DNA of 63,982 bases, filler included, from Hyphochytrium catenoides (taxonomy: Eukaryota > Protista > Hyphochytriomycota), in NCBI GenBank assembly GCA_900088475.1. It is 16 parts of 16 records of this genome, joined end to end, with 100 filler letters (N's around TTAATTAATTAA, not from the genome) between each part and the next. Parts side by side here need not be neighbours in the genome. Positions count along the whole stretch, not along the records: positions 24,013 to 27,400 come from FLMG01001307.1; positions 27,501 to 28,586 come from FLMG01001108.1; positions 28,687 to 38,307 come from FLMG01003149.1; 13 more parts are not named here. One strand, given 5' to 3'. The notes beneath the pieces are model-generated. The model had not been told where the DNA came from. It saw only the letters and a program-made list of their open reading frames with translations, and made no database searches. Made by a program: the position numbers and the translations under genes. Within the stretch, counting starts at the first letter, position 1. The number at the start of each line of letters is the position of its first letter. Below are positions 25,204-36,315 of this stretch, one piece after another.

Positions 25204-25771
25204 AGAGGAACGTAAAGGAGGAAACCCTGAAGTAAGCTTCTGACTCTCAGAGAACCAAGATAGGAGATATTCGTCGACGGAAAGACCAGCCGTAGGGTAA
25301 GACCAAGAGCAGAGCGGCAAGCGGGACGACGCAGAATGCTTTGACAAGGGACAGTGAAGATTCAATAGAGAAATTAAGAAGCAGGCGGAACACGGAGCAT
25401 ACCTGAGATCCTTCTTTGACTTGATCCACGAGCTTTGGCTTGAAGAAGACAACGGCTCCAACCTCGGTCTTTCCTTGTCCAGCCAGGTAGATTGTGTTCT
25501 CGGTGTGCTCATAGTTAGACCGCAGCTTCCCCAAGAAGTTGCTGTTCTTTTTGCTCAGGCGCGAACCTGAGGCAGCAGCCATCGTTAAGACAACAAAGTA
25601 AGAGAGAGAATGGCCGCGAGAGAGAGAGAGGGATTAGAGAGGCAGCACTTGAGTGCGCTAAGCGTAGGTGAGAAAGGCGAACAGGCTAAACGTGACAGAG
25701 TGGAAGTTAGGGATATGGAATGGGAGAGAGGAATCAGGAACAAACCAGAAAAGACAAATTGCTAGCGAAAC

Positions 25772-25831
<60 letters not shown>

Positions 25832-27231
25832 ACGGCTAAGATGGAAACGGATCGAGCGTCGTAGACTGAAATGCAGGAAGAAGAGAAAGAAAGGGAGAGA
25901 AATAGACAGAGGGAGAGAGAGAGAGAGGGTGAGAATGAGAGCCGACAGGGAGACCGCTCTCTCACCTGGTACGCCCTTAGACATATCAAATATATGGTAA
26001 TTACTCGTACGGTTCTTGGCTTGCTTTTGCGCGGTCAGCAAGAGCTTGTCTTCTTTCTGCAGAAGGAGTAGATATTTGAGAAGGGAAGTCGATACGTTGC
26101 GTTAGAAAGACTAAGTGGACATTGGATAAAAGATTGGAAGGAGAAAATGGCGCGGAAGTTACCTTGGTGAAGGGAGAGAAGAGAGAGAGAGAGAGAGTGA
26201 GAGAAGAGAGAGAGAGAGAGAAGAAAGAATGAGAGAGACAGAGTGACAGAAACAGAGAGACCGAGAGAGAGAGAGACCGAGAGAGAGAGAGAGAGAGACC
26301 AAGAGAGAGAGAGAGAGACCAAGAGAGGGAGAGACCAAGAGAGAGGGACCAAGAGTAAGAGACCAAGAGCAAGCGCGAGAGCGAGGGAAGGAGAGGGAGA
26401 GACCATGAGAAAGCGCGAGAGCGAGGGAAGAGAGGGAGGCTGAGAAGGTAAGAAAGAGAGAAATGTTTAGACAGAGCCCAGATACCTGCCAGTAAAGGTT
26501 ATATTGCGGGTAGAGCTTGTTAATGCCGTCACGGTTCCGCGTGATAAGACACTAAGAGAGACACAGAAAGAAGAAGGAGACGATCAGAGATACAGAGCGC
26601 GACGAGAGAGCAGGTAAGCTCATTTCCAGGCCTTCCCAGACTGGCCTCCTTTTGTCCTCACTCTTCTCCTTTCTCTCTTTCCTGAGAAGTGTCACTCTGT
26701 GGTCTTCATGGGACAGTCCATCTTCTCCTTTCTTTCTCTTTCACATCGCATCTTCCTCTTCCTTTTCTCTCCTCCTACACTTTTCTTCTCACCTGCACCA
26801 TGCCTGCAACTGTCATAGAAGGAGGAGGCACGACATTGATCTCTCCGTTCCATGTCCACTTGATGTGCTTCAGCAGCGAACGAGCGTCCACGCTCTCCGT
26901 GACCGAGGAAGAAGGATTCGAGGACTTGCTCCTGCTTGTCTCTCCTCCTCCTTTAGAAGCTTCTTCCGTTCTCTCTTCTTCTCTCAGCTGGCTCTTTTTT
27001 CCAGCATCTCCTTTGTCTCCTACGATATCTCTCTCTCCGTCCTCGTCACTCTGCTCTCCCATGATAAGTGCGTTCACTCTAGGATCTTCACTGGTAATGG
27101 AAGAGCGACGGAGAAGCCCAGCCTGTCCGCCGTCCTCTGCGCCTCCAGATCCACCGTCAGACTTGCGAGACTCTGTTAAGAGGTCACCGGAACAGCCACA
27201 AAGAGAGAAAAGATAAGCAAATGAGAGAGAA

Positions 27232-27271
<40 letters not shown>

Positions 27272-27400
27272 CAGGGCGAGAAGTTTTAGCAATTGAGAAG
27301 AGAGACCAGGAGTAGGAGAGCAAGGGAACTATGGACAATGTAAGAGAGAAAACGATCAGGTACCTCTTCGATGGCCCTTCTCAGTCCTTGAGCTGCGACG
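24621..27400 (-). CDS. Tubby-like protein (TULP family), exons ~27400-27364, 27172-26793, 26551-26486, 26056-25966, 25566-25403, 24980-24621; 5'-truncated
   Basis: The spliced frame gives MVQ|CLITRNRDGINKLYPQYNLYWQ|KEDKLLLTAQKQAKNRTSNYHIFD…FLGKLRSN…|PRKVIAVLP…YRLNFYGRVKLASVKNFQLV…VLVQFGKVTEDRFHLDFQAPVNAFQAFAIALSQF*. These are canonical Tub-domain motifs. The last exon is absent from the ORF track. Confidence 0.93.
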
Positions 27401-29389
27401 NNNNNNNNNNNNNNNNNNNNNNNNNNNNNNNNNNNNNNNNNNNNTTAATTAATTAANNNNNNNNNNNNNNNNNNNNNNNNNNNNNNNNNNNNNNNNNNNN
27501 GAAGAAAGTGAGCTGCGGAAAGCGGCTTATACCTGTTTCTCCTTTCGTCGTTCTTCCATTTCCATAGCGAGGAGGCAGCTGAGATCGATCCACTTCTATA
27601 GATAGAGTTCTAAATGTGTCTGCCGTGCTTGCGGCTAAAGGGAACTGGATAGATTCCTTTCTCAGCGCCCCAAGAAGCAGCCGCGTTTCACCTGCTGTTG
27701 CTGCTCTTGTTTACCTTGCTAGAGTCATATTCATCATCAGAGTAGTCTTCTATAGGCTCTAGAGGACGGATGAGTCCATTGAACGAGGAACAGCTGCGTT
27801 GACTCCACCAGGAAAGGAGAAATTGTCTGTTTGCTGGTTGTTCGAGTGCTGTGAGAGACAATCATGCATCACTTCTTCGGCGCCTACAATAGGATCAATG
27901 TTGGCCTCGTGCCCAGTCCTACGATACGTGGAAGCCTAGCTGCATTGGAAGCGGATGCGAAGCGAGTCAAACATCAGCCAGAGTTCTGATGACTTCTTCT
28001 TCTCGTTAGGATCTACATTGAACATCAGAGGTTGCCATCATCTTCTCTGTTTCTCCTGCATCCTTTGCTGACCTGCTGTCCATGCCTTTCTTGTATGATC
28101 GATTAAGGACTGAACCAGGAAGAAAGGTACATCCATCCAAGGTTATCTGGAGAACCTCTGTCATGAAGTCCACAAGGACCGACGTGAGGGCGCCTTACGG
28201 CTGCCCAGAATGCCGTAGAATGTCCTTCGCTGAGGCCGCTTGCAGGACTGGAAGGACGGACTGACATGATGATTGAACAACTCTCTGCCACAGCCAAATA
28301 ATCTCTTGCTGACAACTTCCCGTGCCGCGTCTCTTGGTGAATTCAAACTCCATTTCTTGACAGTATCACCACCGATGGCTTCAAGAAGATGTCCTCTCTG
28401 GTGACGCACCACACATTCCTTGGTATCTGATGACAAGCACTGGCAACCTGGCTCATCGTCGTCTTTTTGGGGGACATCATCGTAAGGACGAAGTATCTCT
28501 GTGACGTTTCTGGGCAATGGGGTTCGCTCTATTCGCCTTCAATCATCGGGTCAATGACAGTTTCTTCTCTTCAGTCGAGAGCAGGGNNNNNNNNNNNNNN
28601 NNNNNNNNNNNNNNNNNNNNNNNNNNNNNNTTAATTAATTAANNNNNNNNNNNNNNNNNNNNNNNNNNNNNNNNNNNNNNNNNNNNTCTCTCTCTCTCTC
28701 TCTTTCTCTGTGCTCACCTCTTTCCTCTCTCACATGTTTGTTCATTTGTCCTCCTCCTCTCATGCTACTCCTTCTTCTTCCACCTTTCTTGTCCTTTTGT
28801 TGGTGCGCTGGAGGAGCTGAGCTGGCCCAGGAGGTCACGCGGCCCTAGATACCTACAGGCCCACAGACAAGCGACCAGCAGACAACCGTATCCATAAGAA
28901 GCAGGCAGGCCAATGCACTCCAGACTAGCTCTTCATCAAATTTGCTCGGAGGCAGCCTCGGACATCCCCCCACTGCATCCATGGAACAGGGGATTACCCA
29001 GGGAGACAGAATGGGAGACCTCTCTGCAATCAATATCGCTAACTGTTCTATCTTATTAGGTTAACTTACTATTGAGCTAAGCCCCAATGCACTTAATGTC
29101 AGTCCTATCAAACATCCTGTGCGTGCTCTCACTGGCGAGCGATAAAGAATAGATAGTGCCAGAGGCCGCCATGTCTGAGCCCTCCCAATGACGAAAGATA
29201 GAAGAAATCAAGGTCAAGAGTTCGCCTTGATAGGACTTATAAGCTGCGTTGGCCTCCTCCTTCACTCTACAGAGCTAGTTAGACTAGGCAAGTGTTTGCC
29301 AGGACTCCTAAGATGTCGGGTCCATGATGGCCCAGACATAGATCTCAGACTCTGAAGGAAAGACAGAGAGCAGGCCACGGAAGGAAAGA

Positions 29390-30300
29390 TTCTATGCGCG
29401 CCGCGCTATGAGGATCTTGATACCCAGTAGATCCGGGATTCAGTAACTGGGCAGGGTCAACACCCGCATTGCATAGCCTAAAGAAGCATTCTATAACCAT
29501 GCCACTCCTCTCCACGTTCAAGATACTTTTTTAAGATGATGGTGCAGTTGTAGGCATGGGTGATGAGGCACAGATCTAAGCATTGGCGGCAGCATGAGCC
29601 TCCCCAGGATTGATTTGGGACCGAGAATGAACCACCTTCAAGGTCCAGTCAACTGGAGACGCTACGTCGCTACCTGGCTATTGAAGGGCAAGGTACACGA
29701 GAGAGAGAGTATTTTCTAAAGAAGCATGCACAGCCAACGAAGCGTGTGGCCCGATGCGGTGAGAGCAGTAGGAACAGACAGACAACTAAGGAAGGGGTGG
29801 ACCTTCCCACGTCTCCTGGTCTTCTTTGAGCTGTCTAGTTGTCGTGCAGAGTTGAAGAAGGGAAGCATCATGGAAGATGAATGTGCTTGAAAGGCAATGG
29901 AGGAGGAGCAGGTAGCCTTCGTCACAACCCACAGTCGTCAGCCTCTTAGCTTTTGGTCAGCCAGAATGCGAGGGCATAAAGCCTTGCGATGTACCAGCCA
30001 ACCATTCTGGACACAGAAGCACATTCTTTGCTAAGGCGGTCTGCTTGCCTCCTCATCATGGCTCCCTGCGTCTTGGGGAGTGCAGGAGCGAGTATGTGGC
30101 TCACTCTAACAGCGTCAAGTAACAAAGGATGGGCCAGAGGTCCGCGGACAGCTCAGAGTGAAGAGGATCAAGTGCCCACTTTGCTTGAAATCTTTTGTCA
30201 TCCTTATCAGGACGGCCGCTGCATGTGGCTACTCTCTCCTTGACATTAACCTTCTCGAACCAGCTCATTGAACATTCGTTGCTCATCATTAACCTGCGAC
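29390..30300 (-). mobile_element. Heavily decayed non-LTR retrotransposon reverse transcriptase (L1/Tx1-like)
   Basis: RT motifs appear in the expected order across frameshifts and stops: GRPD (~PGPDG), DLWPILC (~NWRPISL), QADRL (~LANRL), SQGFMP (~QxGF.PGR), CAT GCC TAC AAC (~YADD, near 29550), Y[L]GIKI (~29420). Confidence 0.5.
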
Positions 30301-32085
30301 TGTTCCCTGACCCTTCACAGGCACTCCACGTCTAGCCACACGTTAATGTAGCTATAGACGCTCCTCCTAGCGCACTCGCACAGATGGTGGAGGCGTTGGA
30401 GATGAGAGCCGAGAAGAAGGACAAGGGCGACAGAAGGAGAGACAGAGCCATCAACAAAGTGGTGGTCGGTTTTTGCCTTCCCCTAGGAGATGACTATGGT
30501 GCCGGTCTAAGAACAGAGAAGAACTACCGATCATTGAGCGTAGAACTACTCCTTTCTTCAAAGTTCTCCTTCTTCCTTTCGGCCGATCATTCCTCCCAGG
30601 GATTGTGGACGAGGAGTCCTCGAGGTGAGAGAGTCTGGCCATTCAAGCTAACCTTTAGTTGTGCTCGGAGTGCGGCAGACTAGAGTTAGAATAGGCGCTC
30701 CTTGGCTGGGCCAGGCCTCAGTTGGAAGGATGACGGCTGCGTTAGAGGCGCAAAAAGGGTGGAAGTAGAGCTTCCCCATGGTCTTAGGCCCTCCTCAGAC
30801 CAAAGCCCGACGACAAAAGTCCCGCTGTCTATCGTTCTATTATTTCGTGAACAGCCAGTGTTTAGACTGGCAGCACAAGGAAAGAAGGGCCTGCTCTAGC
30901 ACACGTGGCACATGAAAGATCCTGTCGAGAACTACCTCTAACTGCCATTTCAAGGCATCGTCCTCTGTCTGTACGTGGGCGTATCATTGATGGTATCCTA
31001 GGGTCACGTCAACAGCCGTCAAGCATCTTAGGCTCCTGCGACTAGCGGGAGGATTTTTGCTAGCCACTGTTTATTCCTGGGGACAAGAGTCACTTAGACG
31101 TGGTTTACGTTCTCTTCTGTTTACGAGGCATCTGGACCAACTGAGAGACTCCTCTTCTCGGTGCGTCAGGCTCTTTCTTCGGTCTTCATCCTTCTTGCAT
31201 GGCGTGTCAGGTGGTTCCTCCTGATTCAACTGCACCTTGAAGGAAGGACGCAGGAAAACATTGTTCAACTTGATATCTATTGATCTCTTGTAGCCTTTCC
31301 CTCTTTTGGCCATGTGCCTGTTGAAGAAGAACCAAGGGAGGTCAATCTCTCAACCTACCCCCGACTAGATGCCACTAGTACACCTCTCGCTCCTCCCCGA
31401 GCTTGTTGGCTGTGTTGCTGCTTGTCTTGGTTCATGGGATGGTGAGGTACGCGTATCCTCTCATCTTCTCCACCCACGGACACCATTAGCCAACAACTTC
31501 GTGTCCCCTGGGACCTGTGACCGAGACGATCCGCTCATCTTCTCCACCCACGAACACCCGTTAGCTGCACCACCATTGCGTTACACCCTATTCCTCATTA
31601 CTCTTATATGTCTCCATCCATCCAGGGCAGTGGGGCAGCGGGTGACTTCTGACAAGGAGACGTACGTCCTGACAGGAGCCGGAAGCCCTAGACTGGCAGC
31701 AATGAAGAAACTATACTGGCTCGCATTGCGAGGGCCAAGGAGGGCACAGCTATTTTTCTCTATACATTTCCCCCAGCATCTACTGGCCAAGACCCTCATG
31801 GCCCTGGTGCTTCTACTCGTCAGATCTTCTATAGACTTCGTCTTCCACCTGAGAAGGGTCCCGGCCAGGCCACCACGTTCCTGCTCGAGGAACAAGTCGA
31901 AGAGCCAGGCGATGTATCTCTCATGCTTCTCTCTATCCTTGCCAGTCAAGAAAGTTCCAGGTCATGAGCACGACCCCAGCCTTCCACAGCGGGGCCGCAC
32001 AAGATTGGGCAAAAGAGAATCACTGAGGCCGTAGCCCTTGTCTACTCGGCGTATCATTGGTCCTGAGGGCAGAAATACCAGCACA

Positions 32086-33396
32086 ATGGCTCCTATACTG
32101 CCTGCTCTTGCGCTGAGCCTCTTGCAGGTCTCCATTCTTTTGATTTCTCCAGCAAAGGCCTTGCAGAACAGCAGCTTCGTCGGCAGAGACGGCATGAGAT
32201 TCATTCAGAATGGTCAGCCCTTCTTGTTTGCAGGGACGAACAACTATTATATCACCAATAGACCCACGAAGATGGCTGAAGATCTCTTTGTCCAAGCCAA
32301 GAACATGGGCATCACGGTCATAAGAACTTGGGCATTCAATGCCATCGGACATCCCGCCGGTGACCAACCTCCGTGTGCCAGCTCCGAACCGTCTCGTAAG
32401 GACTTCTACTTCCAGTACTGGGACAATGAGAAGAGACAGAGTGTGGTCAATGAAGGGGCAACCGGCATTCAGCGCCTGGACTACGCTCTGAAGCTTGCCA
32501 GAGACCATAACATTAAGCTCATCCTCGCTCTCACTAACAATTGGTTAGACTTCGGTGGACTGGAGCAGTACAACCTGTGGTACGGCGTCAAGAACAGGGA
32601 TGAGTTCTTCACGAGCGAAGTGCTCAAGGATGAGTTCAAGAAGTGGATGACCTACCTCACCAACCGAGTCAACCCTCTCACCGGGTTAGCATATAAGGAC
32701 GACCCTGCTATTCTGGCTTGGGAGCTCATCAATGAGCCGCGATGCAAGGGCTGTGGAGACTATGGCACCTGCAATCACTGTCCTGGCTGCGGCCCGTCAA
32801 CTTCAGGGTGCAATGTCACCACCATCACGGAGTGGGCTGACGAGATGTCCTCGTATTTGAAACACCTTGACAAGAACCATCTCGTGGGCGTGGGAGATGA
32901 AGGCTTTCTTAACACGGCCAATCCAGAGTTCGGCTACAACGGTCAAGACGGAGACCACGAGGCGCTAATGAGGCTTCCTCACATTGACTTTGGCACTGTG
33001 CACTGCTATGTAGAGCAGTGGAACAAAGATGCCAAGTGGGTGCAGGGCTGGATTAGAGATCACGTCCAGGTGGCCAGGCGTGTCAACAAGCCCCAAGTAT
33101 TTGAAGAGTTTGGATTGAGGACGGCAGAGAAGGACAATCCCATGGCTCTCGATCCAACGCGAAACTCATTCTATGACATGTACGTCGATGAGGTTAACAA
33201 CGGGAAGAGCTACTGGGCTTTCTGGATGCTGTCAGCGCGCGAAGCAAAGACGAACATGGCTCCCTTAGGGCTGCTATACCCGGACTATGACGGATACACC
33301 GTGTATTGGGAGGATGTCCAGGGACAAGTGACACCCTCAGGTAAGAAGATGGGGGAACGCGCAAAGCAGAGCTTCGAGTTGCAGAAGTCCTGGTAG
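32086..33396 (+). CDS. Secreted glycoside hydrolase family 5 endo-beta-1,4-mannanase (GH5_7-like), intronless
   Basis: Signal peptide MAPILPALALSLLQVSILLISPAKA, followed by FAGTNNYY, VIRTWAF, LTNNW.DFGG, YKDDPAILAWELINEPRC (acid/base Glu), VGDEGF, IDFGTVHCY and KPQVFEEFG (nucleophile Glu). Confidence 0.93.
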   Translation: MAPILPALALSLLQVSILLISPAKALQNSSFVGRDGMRFIQNGQPFLFAGTNNYYITNRPTKMAEDLFVQAKNMGITVIRTWAFNAIGHPAGDQPPCASSEPSRKDFYFQYWDNEKRQSVVNEGATGIQRLDYALKLARDHNIKLILALTNNWLDFGGLEQYNLWYGVKNRDEFFTSEVLKDEFKKWMTYLTNRVNPLTGLAYKDDPAILAWELINEPRCKGCGDYGTCNHCPGCGPSTSGCNVTTITEWADEMSSYLKHLDKNHLVGVGDEGFLNTANPEFGYNGQDGDHEALMRLPHIDFGTVHCYVEQWNKDAKWVQGWIRDHVQVARRVNKPQVFEEFGLRTAEKDNPMALDPTRNSFYDMYVDEVNNGKSYWAFWMLSAREAKTNMAPLGLLYPDYDGYTVYWEDVQGQVTPSGKKMGERAKQSFELQKSW

Positions 33397-33753
33397 ACAA
33401 GTTGATGGTTCTTCACGGGCCGGAGACCCGCAGTGTCTGTTAAGTTGTCAAAAGGAAGGTATATTTATTAATTGCTTCTGGTCCGCTAAGCCGATCAGGC
33501 ATCTGGCGACATAGAGGCCATGATGCATGTAGGAGGTCGCTCGTATAAGCTAAGAGACGAGGTTGTGGTCAGGCCCCACGTGTAATGACCGCTTGAAGCT
33601 TAACAATCGAGTAGTTTTTCCTTAGCATGTAGCCCGGCCAGCCGAGCATCAGCAACAAATTTACACTCTCTTCCTTATAAAACCTATTAAGTATATATGT
33701 TCCGCTGTTGTTGCTTCAGGCAAGGATAGGGCTACTGTCTTTCGCACCGCCGC

Positions 33754-34134
33754 TGTAAGGAGAAACCACCTCCTTACGCAAGCACATATTCCCCTAAGAC
33801 TCTCTATAATGATTAATGCTCATTCATAGTTTTTCCTCGTCCATCACACTCGTTTCCGTTACATTTGGTAGCTTTGCCTGGTTACTCATGCGGGCGGTCT
33901 TCTCACAGACTCTTGGTAAAACAGAGAACACGTTATCTTTCCCGCCGCTCCAGAAGAGGACGTGGCGTGGGAAGCTTACTTAAAAGGGTAGAGAGTGGGA
34001 AACTTACTTAGAAGGGTAGAGAGTGTAAGGAGAAACCTTCTCCTTACGCAAGCAAGTTACCCTCTAAGACTCTCTATTAATGGCTAATGCTCATTCATAC
34101 TTTTTCCTCGTCCATCACACTCGTTTCCCTTACA
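33754..34134 (+). mobile_element. TRIM-like miniature LTR retrotransposon (LTRs 33754-33863 and 34024-34134)
   Basis: Two ~110-bp direct repeats each begin TGTAAG and end TTACA. TGGTAGCTTTGCCTGGTT (PBS-like) starts 2 nt after the first repeat, and the purine tract AGAAGGGTAGAGAG lies immediately before the second. The 160-bp interior is non-coding. Confidence 0.8.
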
Positions 34135-35535
34135 GAGGCCGCTGCCCGGCAGACAGCTCGTCTTCAATATCTACGAGCACATGGCACAGTCACACAAGGA
34201 AAAGCTACTTTCAGCAGCACAGGGGGAAAGAGAGAAAAGGCTCCATCACATCCCAAAACTGGTCGAGCAACAGTTCTATGATGCAATTACCCATCAATCT
34301 AATAAATTATGAGGCAGTCCGTCTGCAGCTGTAGGCACGGAGTAGGCAAGGCCTTGTCAGTCGCTGTGGGGCCTGCCTCGCCGCCAGCGATGATCCCTCT
34401 ATCCGCCCCTCGGACATAGGATAGAACTCGTTAGCCCTTGTAGTTCTAAGTCTCACTGCCAACAGTAGTTCCTAGGCTACTACAGTTTTACATGGAGATG
34501 GAGATAGTTGGTGTACAGTACCTATAAGTAGAAAAGAGCCCATACTTGTACTTGTCAAGTACAGTACTTGGAAAGAACTAGTCGTTTGCAGGAGCCAAAA
34601 GTCCTGTCCGACGGTGATGGAAGTACTGTACAAGTACTAGAACTACTTGGATTGTACCTGTACGGTCGGCTTTTGATGGGGAGACAGAATAAGTATCGGC
34701 CTCAGGACTTATCAAATCTCACAATTTGGCCATTCTTATCCGAACCCTACCTCTCTGTCTTCCCTCTCTCTATTTCTCTCCCTTTCTCTCTCTCTCTCTC
34801 TCTCTCTGTCGCTTTTTTCTCCTCTTTCTTTCTCTCTCTTCTCTCTCTCTTCTCTCTCTCTTTTGTTTTTCCCACTCTCTCTCTCTCTTGCTGTCTCATT
34901 CGTCTCTGTCTCTCTCCTCTGTTCTTCTGTCTCCCCCAAAATCTCAATTGGCCATCCTTATGTGAGCTTTCTCTCCCTCCTGCCACTTCGTGTCTCTTTC
35001 TCTCTCTCTCTCTCACCCCGGTCGTCCTCAAAAATGAGTTGATCAACTTGTTCGCAACGTCTGGAGACAGGAGCTTCCGACCATGAATCTTCTTCTGCAC
35101 TGAAAGACGCGAAAGATCATGCGCTGTCCTGGATGGGAGGAAGAAGAGTGGATGATGGGAGCCAATGACTGGGGCGAGGACGAGGATGGCACCTCAATCA
35201 AGGCTTCTGTGTGATGATGGGCACGGCCGCTGCTTGGATGTCCGACGCCAGCGCAGAAGCCGTAAAATATTCTGCTGCCGATACTGACGTGGTAGTGCTC
35301 ATCATCATCACCTTTAGTTGCTTTACCTCTGCTCCTTGCCCGCTCGCTCCCTCGTTCGATCTTTCTCTTTCTTGCCTCTTCCCGGGGTCACTTCCAACCT
35401 TCGTCTCCGTCGTCAGCAGTACGACACTTCCAACCTTCCCGCGAACATCCCACGCAGCAGAAGCAGCCCGCGGCCCTACCAGCTCATTAGTGGAGACGAA
35501 GAGATAAACCTCTACATCCTAGAAAGATAAAGGCA

Positions 35536-36315
35536 ATGGCCCGGCTCATGGTGGGCAGCAAGACGCTGTTGGCATGTCTCGCACTGTTGCTGCTTAGTCA
35601 GCTCTTAGCCTTTCAGCCATCTTACGCACAGGAGCTGGAGCAGCGACAAGTAGCTGACTCTCGCAAGCAAGCCGCCATCGCGCTCACCGTCAACGAGAGA
35701 CAGACTATGGCACAGGAGTTCAAGGAGAGATATGGACCCTGGAGTCAAGGGGTCGTGGAGTTTATCAACTGGCTCGTCAACTCTAAGAGGATCACCGATG
35801 GTGGCGATGACTCCCTTTGGTGGCGTGGCGTGGACGGGTTGATGGTCCTCGACATGAAGGAGGCGCAGGATGCCATAGACAACAAGGTTTACAAGGCTAG
35901 CACCAAGCCCGTGCAAGATTGGCTCAATTTTGCCAACTATACGACCAAAGGCTTCACTAAGAGACCACCTTCTCTGCCTCTCGCGGCACTAGACCTCAAA
36001 GCGCAGAGTCTCTGGTGGCTGGCCCATCAGCGCTCTCTTCATGCCTCTCTCCGCGCATTCTCAGCTGAGCTCCCTTCAGAGCCTGCTACAGAAGTTCGGC
36101 TGATCGAGGAGGTCGTGGTCCCGAATGTGGACGTCGTGGCGCTGGCTAAGGGCCCAACGACAGTGGGAGCGATCAAAGTGTACACGGGCATCTTCTACCC
36201 GAAGGTTTACCCTACGGACAGCCACCAGCTGGCCATCGCTCTCCTCAGCTCCCCAGGAAGACTTTCTGGATTAGGGCCAGACAAGATAGGCGTGAATGCG
36301 ACTACCTGGGACTAA
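35536..36315 (+). CDS. Secreted protein of unknown function (259 aa), intronless
   Basis: Clean ATG-TAA ORF with a signal peptide (LLACLALLLLSQLLA…SYA), normal complexity and several Trp-containing motifs (FINW, SLWWRGVD, WWLAHQRSL). Confidence 0.8.
   Translation: MARLMVGSKTLLACLALLLLSQLLAFQPSYAQELEQRQVADSRKQAAIALTVNERQTMAQEFKERYGPWSQGVVEFINWLVNSKRITDGGDDSLWWRGVDGLMVLDMKEAQDAIDNKVYKASTKPVQDWLNFANYTTKGFTKRPPSLPLAALDLKAQSLWWLAHQRSLHASLRAFSAELPSEPATEVRLIEEVVVPNVDVVALAKGPTTVGAIKVYTGIFYPKVYPTDSHQLAIALLSSPGRLSGLGPDKIGVNATTWD

Noticed and set aside
5596-27180. Several acceptors ending YTRACAG (fused branch point/3' splice site)
   Set aside because: Only 3-4 of about 30 introns show it, which is compatible with chance.
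27501-28586. Coding-like minus-strand sequence on a 1.1-kb contig
   Set aside because: It has multiple stops, no identifiable family and no consistent splice model.
31369-32034. 221-aa plus-strand ORF immediately upstream of the GH5 (operon-like appearance)
   Set aside because: It has no recognisable motifs and lies beside decayed LINE sequence. There is no support for a bacterial-style operon.
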